From contig JASJQH010000084.1 of the NCBI GenBank assembly GCA_040143965.1, forward strand, positions 1-32,271: DNA of 32,271 bases, written 5' to 3'. Shown here in pieces: positions 13,169 through 25,638 of the stretch; position 1 is the first letter of the stretch; each line of letters starts with the position of its first letter. The notes under the pieces are model-generated. The model worked only from the letters and a program-made list of their open reading frames with translations, did not search any database and was not told where the DNA came from. The translations under genes and the position numbers were made by a program. This stretch comes from Basidiobolus ranarum. Its lineage: Eukaryota.

Positions 13169-15520
13169 TTACATACCACTGGGAGGCATATGCGTTGGAA
13201 CAAAATTTGGAACTATTGGCACTGATGACATTGGCATAGACCCAGGTATACCAACTGAGTGCCCATTAGGCGGTGCAAAGTCAAAGTTGCGAACTGGTAT
13301 TTCATACTCTGATTTTCTGCCTTGCTTGCGGTTTGCTGTCTTCCCTTTGTTGGATTTATGGTCATCCGTTATCATAATGGGTGGAGACATGCCAGTAGCA
13401 ATTACTTGCCCTAGATAATCCTTCATCGTGAAATAGATGCTATATAGAGATGTTAGATACCGGTGATCATCAAGACTTCAACAGGCTTAATCTTACCAGA
13501 ATCCAACTTTTTCGTTGTGGTGTCTGCAGTAACAAGTTATACGAGCAGGTAATATAGTATCACCACTACTAAAATCAACTAATTCGTTACAGTTGAAAAG
13601 TAAGATTTTGCGTTGCTCAAGTTGAAGCGACTAAAGTACAAAAAAGTTAATTTCCATCGGCGAACTAAGAGATATCTGATAAAAAACTTACTTGCTCATC
13701 ATCCAAATTGAGACCCGGTAGAGCATTTCCAAGCTCACTTACGGGTGATGAGGCTCTACTAGCATTAGGTGTATTGCTTACGCTAGCCTGTTGGTTTTTG
13801 ACTTTGTTTTCTTTCTTTCGAAGTGCTCTTTTTCTCTGAAGTTTGACATGGTTACTATCTAAGAGGAAATAGATGGCTAGTTAATGTACTACTAACCTCA
13901 CGCTGTACACATGATATACATGTATACACCTTCCTTGTGATATCAGTCGCACATATAACATTGGTTTCCAGGTTAAGGACATTATGCTCTAAAGGATTTG
14001 TTTGATCTGAAGATGGAATTAGTATTGCACTGACAATTTGGTAGTGTATACACAGCATCTCTACCTTTAGAATTCTTGCGCTTAAACTTCTCCTTAGCCA
14101 CCATAAATTCAGGTAGGCGCAAGTGAGACCATAACGAAACCTTTTCACCGCGATCTGTTACCAACTGAAGGCAGAATTTGATTTGTGTTTCAACGCGGGA
14201 CTTAGCACCAGATTCAGGTACTCCTAGCACACGGATTTGTAACCTTATAACAGTATAAAATTAATACAAGTCTTGAGTATGAGTGAAACGTTATCAGGTA
14301 CCCTTTCCCGGCGATATTGTTGGTTTGAGGCGCGTTAAAGCTTGTGATATGAGTAGGAATCGAAGTGCTAATTTACAATGCTGTTAAATACAGTATTAGG
14401 ATTCAAGTTACGAAGAACTTAATAAACTTACTTTCTATTATGCATATATTCTGGACAATTATTAGGTCTTCCTGAATTATCAGAAAAATTCATAGAATTA
14501 ACTGGATGATACTATAAAAAGCAAAGCAGTATTAGGTAAAAGTCGGTTGATTTGAAGCAAGTAGTTTTTACATACATTCGGTACCGCGAAAAATTGTGAA
14601 TAATCAGGATTATGTTCTCCATGGTTGTTTGAAGTCTCGCCTACAGTATCAAGTGCTAGCATGTCACTAATCGAGACGGTTTGTAATGGCTGCTGAGAAA
14701 CTCCGGCGTTATTCATTCCAAAAAAGGCCCCGTCAAGTTGATGTTGTAATGGGGAAGGTGGTCTCGATAATGGATCCATATCATGTGGTAAATAAGGATG
14801 CATAGCAGAAACAGATGGAGAAGCCATAGGCGTTGCACTCGGAGAAACGGGACGAGAAGGAATGGCAAATATATTTCCCTGCGCATCCATCGATACTGGT
14901 GTATTCTGCATATGGGAATTAGGACTAGAGAAATTCAAAGAATAATAAGGGTGACGAAGCGGGTGTTGTAGTGGTGATGGTGGTGAAGTAAAAGCAGCGT
15001 TAAGGGGAGGAGAGGCCATAGGTGTTGCAGTTGGAGAGGGTGGCTGTGAAGGCGTCAAAAACATGTTACTGCCATCTAAAGAGAAAGGCATAGGTTGAAA
15101 AGAATTATTCGTTTGCGAGTTATAACCCGGTGGAAGAAATGGACTTTGATATGGAGATGGAGGTCTAGATAAATGGGCCAGATTGGGATTTGAAGGTATG
15201 AATTTTTTTATGCCAGTTAATGCAGGAGAGGCTACTGGCGTAGCGCTTGGAGTAGCTTGAAGGGATGGAGCAAAATACAAATTACCCTCGGCCTCAATAT
15301 TTTCCATTTTAGGAACGCAATTGTATTGATCGTTGTTAGCTGGAAGATTGACGTAGTTGAAATTGAAGCCAGGAAGTTCTTCAGATGGTGTATTGACTGC
15401 AGAGTTGACAGCTGAATCAAAAGCATTGAAGTGTGGTGAAAAGGAATTCTCTGGTCCCAACGAGGGTGAAGATGATTGCCCAAGATTAGACCGACGATGC
15501 TTGAGACGGTTTTGATACAT
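13169..15520 (-). CDS. SPT23/MGA2-family transcription factor: Pro/Ser-rich N-terminus plus DNA-binding domain, with no IPT/ankyrin/TM recognised. 3' end uncertain; a possible last exon lies at 13112 to about 13054.
   Basis: Spliced exons give GLQIRVLGVPESGAKSRVETQIK, CISCVQRE^KRALRKK, ILLFNC, RITCYCRHHNEKVGF and SPPIMITDDHKS, which are hallmark Spt23/Mga2 motifs. Confidence 0.87.
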
Positions 15521-16596
15521 TATGAATAGATCGGGGAAACGACACGTAGAAATGACGTTTGGGGTCGAAGTTGTTTTGTTTACCCAAGAATATCGGCTCG
15601 GAAAAAATTAGTTTGAAGTAGTTTCGTTCTCAGCGCGAAAAGTAAGGCTGTTTGAAAGGAAACCAAAACGTGGGTTAGCTTGGGTGAGTAGTTAAACTTC
15701 TGTCAGAGCCAGGTGAGCGTGTACAATTGATAAATCTTGTCAAAGGATCTGAAGTTGGACGGTTTCTTCTGGTCGCTTTTCTTATTCAGTGAATTTGATT
15801 GGGCGTAGCATTTACCCATCAGCTGATACGGCTTCATCAAAATCAAATGGTTGATTGGTAGAAAGATCACTTGTTGAATCTTGCGAGAATTGAATTTTCT
15901 GGTACGCAGACGTCTTCTCATGTCTTAGATTGTTACACGCATGTAGAACTTGTATAAATACGACCACCATATATTCAAGAATGTACGCACCTAGATATGA
16001 TATTGATTCGTGGCCCGGTTTTTGTAACCATAAGCATGCGTTACTGTTCTGGAAGATTGCTTTTGCCTGTTCGAACCGCCAACACCTATACACATGCCAT
16101 TGCCGATAACTTCCCAAATTACAAATGGTGCACAACCCAGTAGCGCCCTAGAGGTGGTGTGTCAATGGTACACATTGAGAATTCTGTGGACAGCAATTGG
16201 TTTGTCGAGTTGCATTGGTGCGCTCTACGTGTGTCAGATATGAAACAAAGCTTCCGTGTGTAATTCTAGATCTGGGAGTGATTGGCTACAAATCAGAGTC
16301 TCCACTAATCAAATCATAAAGATCAGCAACCTTCCACCATGAAAGAATTAGTATTCCGAAATCTAGATTTGCAAGTTCTCAAAATATCCAAGTTCTATGA
16401 AGCCGAGTTTCTCATCACAGCGGCAACAACAATAATTACAAAATGCTCTATTTTTGTAAATAATATGATTGAGAGGTTGGTACGCAATCCATTCATCCTA
16501 CGATATTCGTATCAGGGATACGTGATCGGACATGAAATTCCTTCCTGCATTTTATCTTGATACCTTGACTCAAAGCTTATTGATAGAACAATAAAC

Positions 16597-16986
16597 ATGC
16601 AACCTACACTAGCTCGATTTGCTATTAGAATTCCTAAAAAGCATGTCCCATTAATCAAGTTTTTAGGTCCTCGCAAGAGACTAGCCACACAAAGTAGTAT
16701 ACTATTGATGTAGAGGGTAATAAGCTGATACCTAACTGTATTCATTTTTAATCAAACAGCTGAGCAAACACAAACTTCTACCTCTGCCACTCTTAATAGC
16801 TCTGCTACAAAGTCGGAGAAATCTTATGTTGAGTATAATGAGCTCCCAACCCGCTTTCGCAGGGTTCCAATCACTCAGGAAGAAATTGAAGCAATCGAGG
16901 TACGTATTTTCTTATAGAGCTATTGCTTCACATTGACTTATCTTTTTTCACATGTCTAGATGGGTGGTGCAGGATATACTTTATAA
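16597..16986 (+). CDS. KGD4: Alpha-ketoglutarate dehydrogenase subunit 4 (KGD4/YMR31/MRPS36 family). Introns about 16694-16759 and 16900-16959. Not in the ORF track.
   Basis: Spliced translation MQPTLARFAIRIPKKHVPLIKFLGPRK...YNELPTRFRRVPITQEEIEAIE^MGGAGYTL*, carrying the family P-x-IKF-x-G-x-R and LP-x-RFRR...EIE-x-I-x-GGA motifs. Confidence 0.92.
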
Positions 16987-17152
16987 GTGTCGTCTCTTAT
17001 GGTATACGGGGAACATTGTTACTTTCTAGCCAAATTGTAGCTTGAACTGAATTTGTATTGTATGAAAGAGTAAACTTTCTTAAAAAATCCTATGAAATAT
17101 TGGTTTTAAGTTGATACTTTGAGAGGTTATTGGGGTCTTTCGGTTTATTCGA

Positions 17153-20100
17153 TTAAGTATTAATCTGATCTCCACTGTTGGCCAGTTCACAGGCATTCTT
17201 CAACATAAATTGATCTAAATATCTCAAACTCAGACAATCGATTTCATTCCATCCATGATCATTAATTTTATCACCATTAAACATTGGTGAGAGAGAGTCG
17301 ATATCTTTTGCAGAAAGCTTGTCAATCTCAATCTTAACTTCAGTCATGAGACCATTGTAGTATTCGGCAGACGATTTCAGTTCAATTCCTCGAAAATCCA
17401 ACCATCCATAAGTAGCTTCTAAATCTTTTCCAGTGCGTAGACGGAGAAGTGTGAGGTTATATATGGAGTGCAGAGTATCTACCATATGCAATGTTGAGTT
17501 AAAGGGCGAAATCTATTTCATTTGGCTGCTTATTACCTGAGGATAGAACAACTGATTTCATCAGGACTTGAATTGCCTCCTCAACTAGGCCCAAGGTGGA
17601 CAACATATAGGCTTGGTTATTATACGCTTGTATCTAAGAGAATAAACATTAGAACATGAAAAAGAAAGATTCTCAACGGCCTGGCTTTTACCAATAGTGA
17701 TTTCCTATAATCTTCATTGAATAATTGCTCTATATCTACACGATTTTTACATTTTCTTATTTCAGAATTAGTTGTATATGACTCTACTTCCAACTTGGCC
17801 TTTTTCATGGTCGGTTCCTCTACATACGATGTCCATACAATGCTCTTTAGTGGTTATTTCCAAGGTTGAACACACAAAATCTTACCGTTACAGCTTTCTT
17901 GAACACAGAATTTAGAAATCGTTAAAAGTAGTTTTTCCACTCTGAGATAAATATCTTTGGCTTTCTCAGCTGTCTCTATAGTTTGATCTTTATACCATAT
18001 CGCTTCAGCTAAATACAATTGAATGGATATATCCAATGGGTCGATTTCCAGTATTGAGTTACATACATCAATAGCTCGATCGAATTTAGGAGGGTCAAGC
18101 ATCAGTAGAGTATACACATAGTCTCTAATGACTTTACGCATTATTCCGTCCATGTTGGTTTGCTTGGTGAATATTTGTCTGGGGATGGGACTGATGATAT
18201 TAGAGTATTCATTCTCAGCTTCTTTGAATCTCTTTTGTTCTAAATAAACCGCACCTAGTCTAGATACGACGTTTAGCAAGCTTATACATGCTTGAGGACT
18301 GGTGCCATTCAGGTGAGATCTTTCACTAGTGAGTGCTAAATCTCCTGTTAATCTCTTTGTCATCCCAAAATACGTGATTTAGAGAAAAGTTCAATTTTAT
18401 ATTAAAATAAAGTGGATCCCTACCTCCGTAAGATGTGTAAGCATCTTGATTTCCACTTGTAGCTTTCCTGTTCTTTCGTATACCACGCACAAATTCCAAA
18501 GTGGGTGGCTACTTCTTATGTTGGATTCTAATGAAGATTTGAAGTATTTAACAGCCATGTTTGGTTTGGACTATTCATATGGAAAAAATGAGTATACGAT
18601 TATAAAGAAAGAATCAACTAAATTAAATACCAAGTGTACTGCTGAACATCCGGCCATATTAAATGAATCACTTCTTAAGTTTTTCTCGGCCGTAAAGCAT
18701 TTCTTGAAGTACTCTAAAGCTTCAGAATAATATCCTTCATGGTATTTGATGTGGCCTGGATGTTTATAAATCATAAAGTTAGTCTTTAGAAATCCTTCGG
18801 TATGGAATTTCACCGTTACCTAATAAGTAATATGCCGGATAGAATTCAGCTCCTAGGAATTGTATACACTTTTCAATTAAATCGTAAGGTATTTCTTTTC
18901 TACATGTTTGCACGTAAAGACTCATCAGTAGGTACAGAGTAACCCCGTACTCGATCTCAATATCTTCGTTAGGCAACAAGGAGTAGATAGGCTTTACGGT
19001 AATATGGTGACTCGGATTAATATTTGGATTTGTATACAGGTCATTGTGGGTTCTCATGTTCTTCTCTAGATGCATCTTAGCTAGCAACAATATATGCTCT
19101 ATAGAATCATTACAGACCTCCATAGGGTGCGATATCTGATTGATCACTTGAAGCCATATAAGCTTCACCAAGTAGTACCTTATGAAGCGGAAATCCTTAC
19201 TTGTAGACATTGATGTCGAGAGAGACTCGAAATAAATACTGTACATCTCCAATAGAGTCAATTGGCTTGTATCTTTACTGGGCTTCAGTAAAAAATTCGA
19301 GAGAGAGAGCGCATCAATCTCCTTACTCAACCAAACCTTCAGCCTTCGGGTGAAAGCTACTGTTGGTTCTGACATGAACATGAGAGCGAGATTATGCGTA
19401 GTGCCCAAAAAGTACCCCAATGCCAACGGATTACCTTTTGAAATAAACAAAATGTATGGTTTATTGATATTAATCGCATGCTCTACTATGGAATGTACAA
19501 AGTCACCAGAACTTTTCATATATATATATATAAGAACAATTCTGAGAGGACGAAACAAATGAAAATTTGAGTCAACTATAAATGAACGCCTACCTCTAAA
19601 TTTATGCATAATATCCTCTAGTTTACGTATGTAAGAAGCTCTTGAAGTACTAACTGAGGAGTTCTAACGCTTTTTTAAGCATGTGTACACTCATAATATA
19701 AAGGTTCTATGTTTACCATATTTTCCAGCGTTTCTCTATTTGCATCTATAGCCAAGGTCTCTATGCTTTTACTTGGAATACCTGTATATATATGACGTCA
19801 GCGGGTGTAAATATATATAAAGCATACAAACAACATTTACCTTCTAGTGTTTCCATACTCTCTAAAGCCTGAGAAATTCTGAAAGTAGAAGCGAATATAC
19901 ATTGGTTTATCCAAGTGAGATTTTGTATAATTTTTCTTCTCCATTTTTTATCGAGAGGCAACTGTATTGTAGCCACTTCGCTACGAAAATCAAGATTCGC
20001 TACAACTCGTTTATACCAGTCATAATCTACCTCTTTTCTCAAAATCTCTTGATTTAGTTGATTAGATATTGTACTTGGACTGATATTAAGTTTGCACAAC

Positions 20101-20350
20101 AGCTGAGAAAGTAAAGGCTCCAGGATTGAGAAAGAGCGTTGTTTAAACAAACCATATATATACGAACAAAGACATAAGCTATATTTCGTACGAAAAGAGG
20201 AAGAATGTGCATTGGAGGGGGCGATTCCACACCAAGAACAATGTGTTCCCATATCTCGTGTATGCTACCTTAGAATTGTAGCTAGTGTAATTATTAATGT
20301 CTTTCAGTGTTGCAATATATCAAATTGAATTTTCAACAAGATTGACATCT
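17153..20350 (-). CDS. Large multi-exon alpha-helical/TPR-like protein of unknown function; 5' end not resolved
   Basis: Consecutive long minus-strand ORFs separated by GT-AG introns, with TPR-like segments (AYYLLG..YHEGYYSEALEYFKKC; RLGAVYLEQKRFKEAENEY; AIDVCNSILEIDP; NQAYMLSTLGLVEEA). Confidence 0.7.
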
Positions 20351-20665
20351 AGCCAACGTTAAAACAATGGGTTTAACTTTATGTTAATAATTGTATTTAC
20401 ACACCTTTGAGATTATGCTCAAGTTGATAGTGAATTCGTGATCGAAAACCAACTTTACCAATGATTTCGAAATGAATTTAAGGTTTCCGCAGTTCACGAC
20501 TCTGATTTAGTGGCTGCGTATGATTGAAACCGACTAGGAATGGAAGGGGGTAATAAGAAATTTTTTATTTGGGGAGGGGCCCAAAGGAAAGGAAAGGAAT
20601 TTGAATTTATTTTCAATAATTGTTTCTAACTTGTCCTTGGACTTTCGATAACTTTTACATACAAC

Positions 20666-21728
20666 ATGGCTCAACAAGCTGCTAATTTTTTGAAGGGCAA
20701 TGGTAAATCCTTGTTTACTAGCGCCGGTGCCTTGATTACCTTGGGTGCTCTTGGCTACGGTGTCAACGCTTCCTTATTCAACGGTATGTTAACTTCACAA
20801 ATATTCAATACTCTCGCAGCACATTGCTAACATATTCGGGATCAGTTGATGGTGGTCATAGAGCTGTTAAATACTCTAGAATTTTTGGTGTTCAAAAGGA
20901 AATCTATCAAGAAGGTACCCATATTGTTATCCCTTGGCTCGAAACCCCCATCATATACGATGTTCGTGCTAAGCCAAGAAACATTGCCTCTTTGACCGGT
21001 ACCAAAGGTAAATCTTTTTTATTATATCCGATTATTGCCATCAAGCGTAGACTCACACTTCTCGGTTAGATCTTCAAATGGTTAATATTACCGTTCGTGT
21101 TCTCTCCAAGCCCAAGGTTGATGCTCTCGATACCATTTACAAAACTCTCGGAACCGATTATGATGAGCGTGTTTTGCCTTCAATCGTTAATGAAGTTTTA
21201 AAGAGTGTTGTAGCTCAATTCAATGCTTCTCAGCTTGTTACACAGCGTGAGAGAGTCAGTAGACTTGTACGCGAGAATCTTCTCCGTCGTGCTCTTCGTT
21301 TCAACATAGTTTTGGATGATGTTTCTATCACCCATGTTGCTTTCTCTCCTGAGTTCTCCACTGCCGTTGAAGGTAAACAAATTGCCCAGCAAGAAGCCCA
21401 AAGAGCCTTCTTCATCGTTGAAAGCGCCAAGCAAGAAAAACAGTCAACCATCATTAAGGCTGAGGGTGAAGCCCGTTCCGCCGAACTTATTGGTGAAGCC
21501 ATCCGTAACAAACCTGGTTTCATTGCCTTGAGAAAGATTGAAGCTGCACGTGAAATTGCCCATATCATTGCCAACTCCAACAACCGTGTCATGTTGGATG
21601 CTGATACTCTTTTGCTCAATGTTCAAACAAACATGTAAGTGATTTCATTGCTCTGGTATAACTTAGGCAATTCCTAATATTTGGTATCTAGTCCCGCTGC
21701 TACTACCGTTACTTCTGCTTCTCAGTAG
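20666..21728 (+). CDS. PHB2: Prohibitin-2 (SPFH domain). Introns 20784-20845, 21008-21069 and 21635-21691.
   Basis: LFN^[29 protein letters not shown]^[45 protein letters not shown]; last exon gives ...[13 protein letters not shown]. Confidence 0.95.
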
Positions 21729-22082
21729 ATTGACTCGACTGCATAGCTCCATACATCATTTATCTTATCGTTAGATTTCCATCATCATTCCTAATGCTAA
21801 TACGCATTATCGTATTAACGTGGGTTTCATTCAAAATACAAAGCAAAAGCAAAATAAATTACACTGTTTCTTAACTTGATTTGACTTACAACCAAACTTA
21901 AACACATTAAAGTAATTTACATCTTAAGGCTAAAATTAGTTCGATTGCTGGATCAATTTCCCTTCAGCTCTAGAGCCAATGAGAGAAGTAAACTAAAAGA
22001 ATTATTTTCGTAATGTAATAAAAGATTTCCAGTGGGTCTTAAATCTCCCTCTTTCTATTTTCCCGTAGGGCTATCAGTCGAT

Positions 22083-22808
22083 ATGGTTAGTATTGATTAT
22101 TTATTAAAAACAAGAAAGCCATTGATGGATGGTTAGAGATACTAGGTTAGATATCTGAACGTAGTTATACAGTTTACCGTCCCCTTTCGATTCTACTTGA
22201 GCTAGACTAGCTATATATTTGTTTCAATTATTAATGACTTTCCGTAATGTTAGGGTATTGATATCAAAAAACACCACGTAAAGAAGGGCAACAGATCCGA
22301 ACCCCGCAGTCAAGATGTCTATCTCAGATTGTTGGTGAAGTTGTACAGATTCCTCGCACGTCGTACTGATGCCAAGTTCAACAAGGTCATCCTCAAGCGT
22401 CTCTTTATGTCTCGCGTTCACAGACCTCCTCTTTCCATCTCTCGTTTGGCCCGTTATGTCAAGGGCAAGGAGGGTAAGGTTGCTGTTATTGTCGGTACTG
22501 TTACTGATGATGAGCGTCTTTTGGAAGTTCCCAAGTTGACTGTCTGTGCCCTTCGCGTCACTAAGACTGCTCGTGCTAGAATCTTAAAGGCCGGTGGTGA
22601 AATTATTACCTTTGATCAATTGGCTCTCCGTTCCCCCACTGGTGCCAACACCGTCCTTTTGAGAGGTCCCAAGAACTCTCGTGAGGCTGTTAAGCACTTC
22701 GGTGCTGCTGGTGTGCCCAATGGTCATGCTAAGCCATATGTTCGTTCTAAGGGTCGTAAGTTTGAGCGCGCTAGAGGTCGTCGTGCCAGTCGTGGTTACA
22801 AGAACTAG
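22083..22808 (+). CDS. RPL18: 60S ribosomal protein eL18. ATG-only first coding exon, intron 22086-22253.
   Basis: ATG|GTTAGT...TAG|GGT gives [12 protein letters not shown]...[16 protein letters not shown]...[25 protein letters not shown]. Confidence 0.97.
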
Positions 22809-22945
22809 ATACATTTTTGTACATTGTCGGGAAATAAACGATTTCATTTTCTATTTTATCCAAATTAACATTGATTATACATATATTTATTTATCCAATG
22901 GATAATACAATTCTAGTGGGTATGGGAATATGGTACGAGATACAC

Positions 22946-22976
22946 CCTAACACCCATATACCTAACACCCATATAC
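22946..22976. repeat. Perfect 15-bp tandem duplication (CCTAACACCCATATA)x2
   Basis: Directly visible downstream of RPL18. Confidence 0.9.
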
Positions 22977-23797
22977 GTAATCGGTAGGATTGTATTCGGC
23001 TTAATAGGCTAACTTCTTTGTTTACCTGATAAGAAATCATGCGCAGATCGTTAAGGCTTCATTTATATATCCAAACATTAACTGACACCGCTAGCCCTAA
23101 AAATAGTGCTGTTGATCTTTGGTTAACATATGCGATGTATATCTAAATATATTATTTCCACACATGAAAGAAGAGGTAACTAGATGGTCTCTACCGACGT
23201 GGTTCTCCTTGTCAATCAATTCATATAAATAATGTCGAGGCCACACAAAGGGGTTCGTTCAACGTGGTGATTTTTACATCTGAAGATTGGATATGTCTTT
23301 GAATTGGATTCTCTTAGTAACCCAATGTTTCACGTTAGAAGGTAAATGACTACGATGTATGTAAAGGCGATAGTGATCGTCTTCATAGTAAGTATTAATA
23401 ATCACTTTAAAAGAAATGTTGTCCAATGACTTCAACATCCCGATACCCCCACCGGAAAAATTTAATCAGAGGCGCACACTAGAGGTGTTCACCCACAATA
23501 ATTCAGGGATAACATTGTTGTTGTCATGCTGGTGCCAGATTAAGGTGAATGAACCACTGATATTGTCACATCTCTTTTTTCAACCGAAGATTCTGAAACC
23601 GCCCAGGTGGATCCACCTAGGGGAACCATAAAAATATGTTTATCTTGGCCAATCTAAATATGTGTCTGAATGCTCAGGCTCATTGTTACAATGATTCACC
23701 TTGATTAGGTGCACAGCGGGTTCAAAGCAATGTCACCTACCAAGTATATAAAGTTGGGTTTGGCAAGCTTGAACCAACACTCCAAAAACAATTAGCC

Positions 23798-24298
23798 ATG
23801 TTCTCCACATCCCCATCTCAATCTAACAAAGGAAATAATAACGAAAGCAACGGTTCAAGCAAGAATACCAAATCAACACAGACTGTAAACAATGATACTG
23901 CCACTACTAGCAATAAGCGTCCCAGAGACTCTCATGAGGTATCTACGGAAGTAGAGACCAAGATGGATATATCCTACCGTTCAAATATTACCACACAAAA
24001 CGAAATCAAGCCAAAGAGTACGATCTCCGGTGCTAAACGTTTCCGTCATGATCAAAGTCTTGCTATTGCTGACAACTTAATGGAACACTATTTATACAAA
24101 AGTGTAGACATGCTTTCAATTGACGCTTCATCAATGAAGTCATTTTACCCTGTGCATATGAATGCTAATTTGGAGCATAGCCTTGTACTCTCCCTGTCGA
24201 TCAATCATAAAGTGTCAAGGAGAAATACAACTAGACCACTCATGCGAAACAGTCAACAACGCACACGTCTTTCGTTAATTCAACATTTAAGAGTATAA
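23798..24298 (+). CDS. Hypothetical protein (166 aa), Asn/Ser/Thr-rich and likely disordered
   Basis: Intronless ORF with GCCATG start, TATATAAAG at about 23746, AATAAA at about 24388 and basic NLS-like KRPR/KRFR. No domain recognised. Confidence 0.6.
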   Translation: MFSTSPSQSNKGNNNESNGSSKNTKSTQTVNNDTATTSNKRPRDSHEVSTEVETKMDISYRSNITTQNEIKPKSTISGAKRFRHDQSLAIADNLMEHYLYKSVDMLSIDASSMKSFYPVHMNANLEHSLVLSLSINHKVSRRNTTRPLMRNSQQRTRLSLIQHLRV

Positions 24299-24544
24299 CC
24301 AGTAGAATTGTTGTCCATTAGATTTCGTCAAGAATCGTACAAATTTTAGAGTTTTATATGTAGATAGCATGTTGCGTTTTTGTAGAAATAAATTCTTGTT
24401 ATATATACACTGAAGTGCTTCATTTACAGTAATACCCACTGTCATCTATGTCAAGAGGATTTGAAGAAAATAGCCAAAATACGTCAGAAGGGTTTTGATC
24501 TTTATGAGTAATTGTATATAAAAAGGGAAAAACTGAGCTAGTAT

Positions 24545-25129
24545 TTATTCGAGTTGTTGAGCAGGGAATTCAAAGACAACATCCTTGCCGGTCAATTTTC
24601 TGTAGACAGAGGAGTAGGTATCAAGTTTGTACTCAAGGGAGTTGGTGTCCTTGTTGTCAAGGAAGACCTTGGTGACTTTGGAACCGTCAACCTTGACACG
24701 AGTACGCTTGCCGATGATTTCAGTGGGATAAACAATATCATCTAAAATCTTCTCGTGGACAGCAGTCAAAGTACGAGATCTAGGGCGAGCTTGCTTAGCA
24801 CGAGAGCGACGAGTAGGCTTTCTCATGATGCGACGTTGAGCAATGAAAATGACGTGACGGTCAGAGAACTTCTTCTCAAGTTCACGAGTAAGGCGTTGTT
24901 GAACCTTTTGGAAAGCCTTGAACAAAGGAACTGGAACAAACACAACAATGGCCTTCTTACCACCGCTGACTTCGATTTCTTTGGCAGCGGCAATTTGAAG
25001 AGGACGAAGGTCCTTCTTTAATTCGGCAACGCCGTTTTCTAATTCAACGAGTGCTTGAGCGACCATAAGTTCAAGCTCATCAGCGGGAGCAGCACCGGCA
25101 GATTTAACGATTTTGTTAGCGGCAGACAT
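24545..25129 (-). CDS. RPS7: 40S ribosomal protein eS7, with a 5'UTR intron at 25139-25290
   Basis: MSAANKIVK...[15 protein letters not shown]...[11 protein letters not shown]...[14 protein letters not shown]. The true ATG is at 25129; the ORF track starts at an upstream TTG. Confidence 0.97.
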   Translation of the reverse strand: MSAANKIVKSAGAAPADELELMVAQALVELENGVAELKKDLRPLQIAAAKEIEVSGGKKAIVVFVPVPLFKAFQKVQQRLTRELEKKFSDRHVIFIAQRRIMRKPTRRSRAKQARPRSRTLTAVHEKILDDIVYPTEIIGKRTRVKVDGSKVTKVFLDNKDTNSLEYKLDTYSSVYRKLTGKDVVFEFPAQQLE

Positions 25130-25638
25130 GATGTACAACTATTGAAATAAATGGTCTTTAGTTCTACTAATCCATAAAAATGTGAAGGTGGTTGGCTAAT
25201 CCGTTCAATGTTTTATTTATCCATCCATCTATATATCAATCTATAGCATAGTAAACTGATCACTCTTCAATTACTAAATTGTTGACTTACGCTAAGATCT
25301 ACTCTCGGAAAAGAAGGAAACCTAACTAGGAGCTGCCCTGAGTTTTAACATACGAATCAGCTCCCCATCAAATCAATCTTAATCCAGGTAGCACGTGATT
25401 TAGCGAAATTCACTTCCGATGCTTGCTACATGTGAATCTATCGCGTTTAGCTAGCGCTTAGTTAGCAAATTAAAGTTAACTTCAAATCAATTTATTTGCT
25501 CACTCTATTAAGTATAAATCTCAAACATTAATCGCAGCTGCATGAATGGGGATAATGAGGATAATGCGAAATCTATCCAGGCTCTCCAGATAAAACGAAG
25601 TCGAAATGCCTTAAATTAGCATGCTTTGACTGGCAAAC

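Noticed and set aside
15703-16560. Short ORFs between the SPT23-like gene and KGD4
   Set aside because: No homology-like features or splice support; consistent with promoter/5'UTR DNA (CCAAT boxes present).
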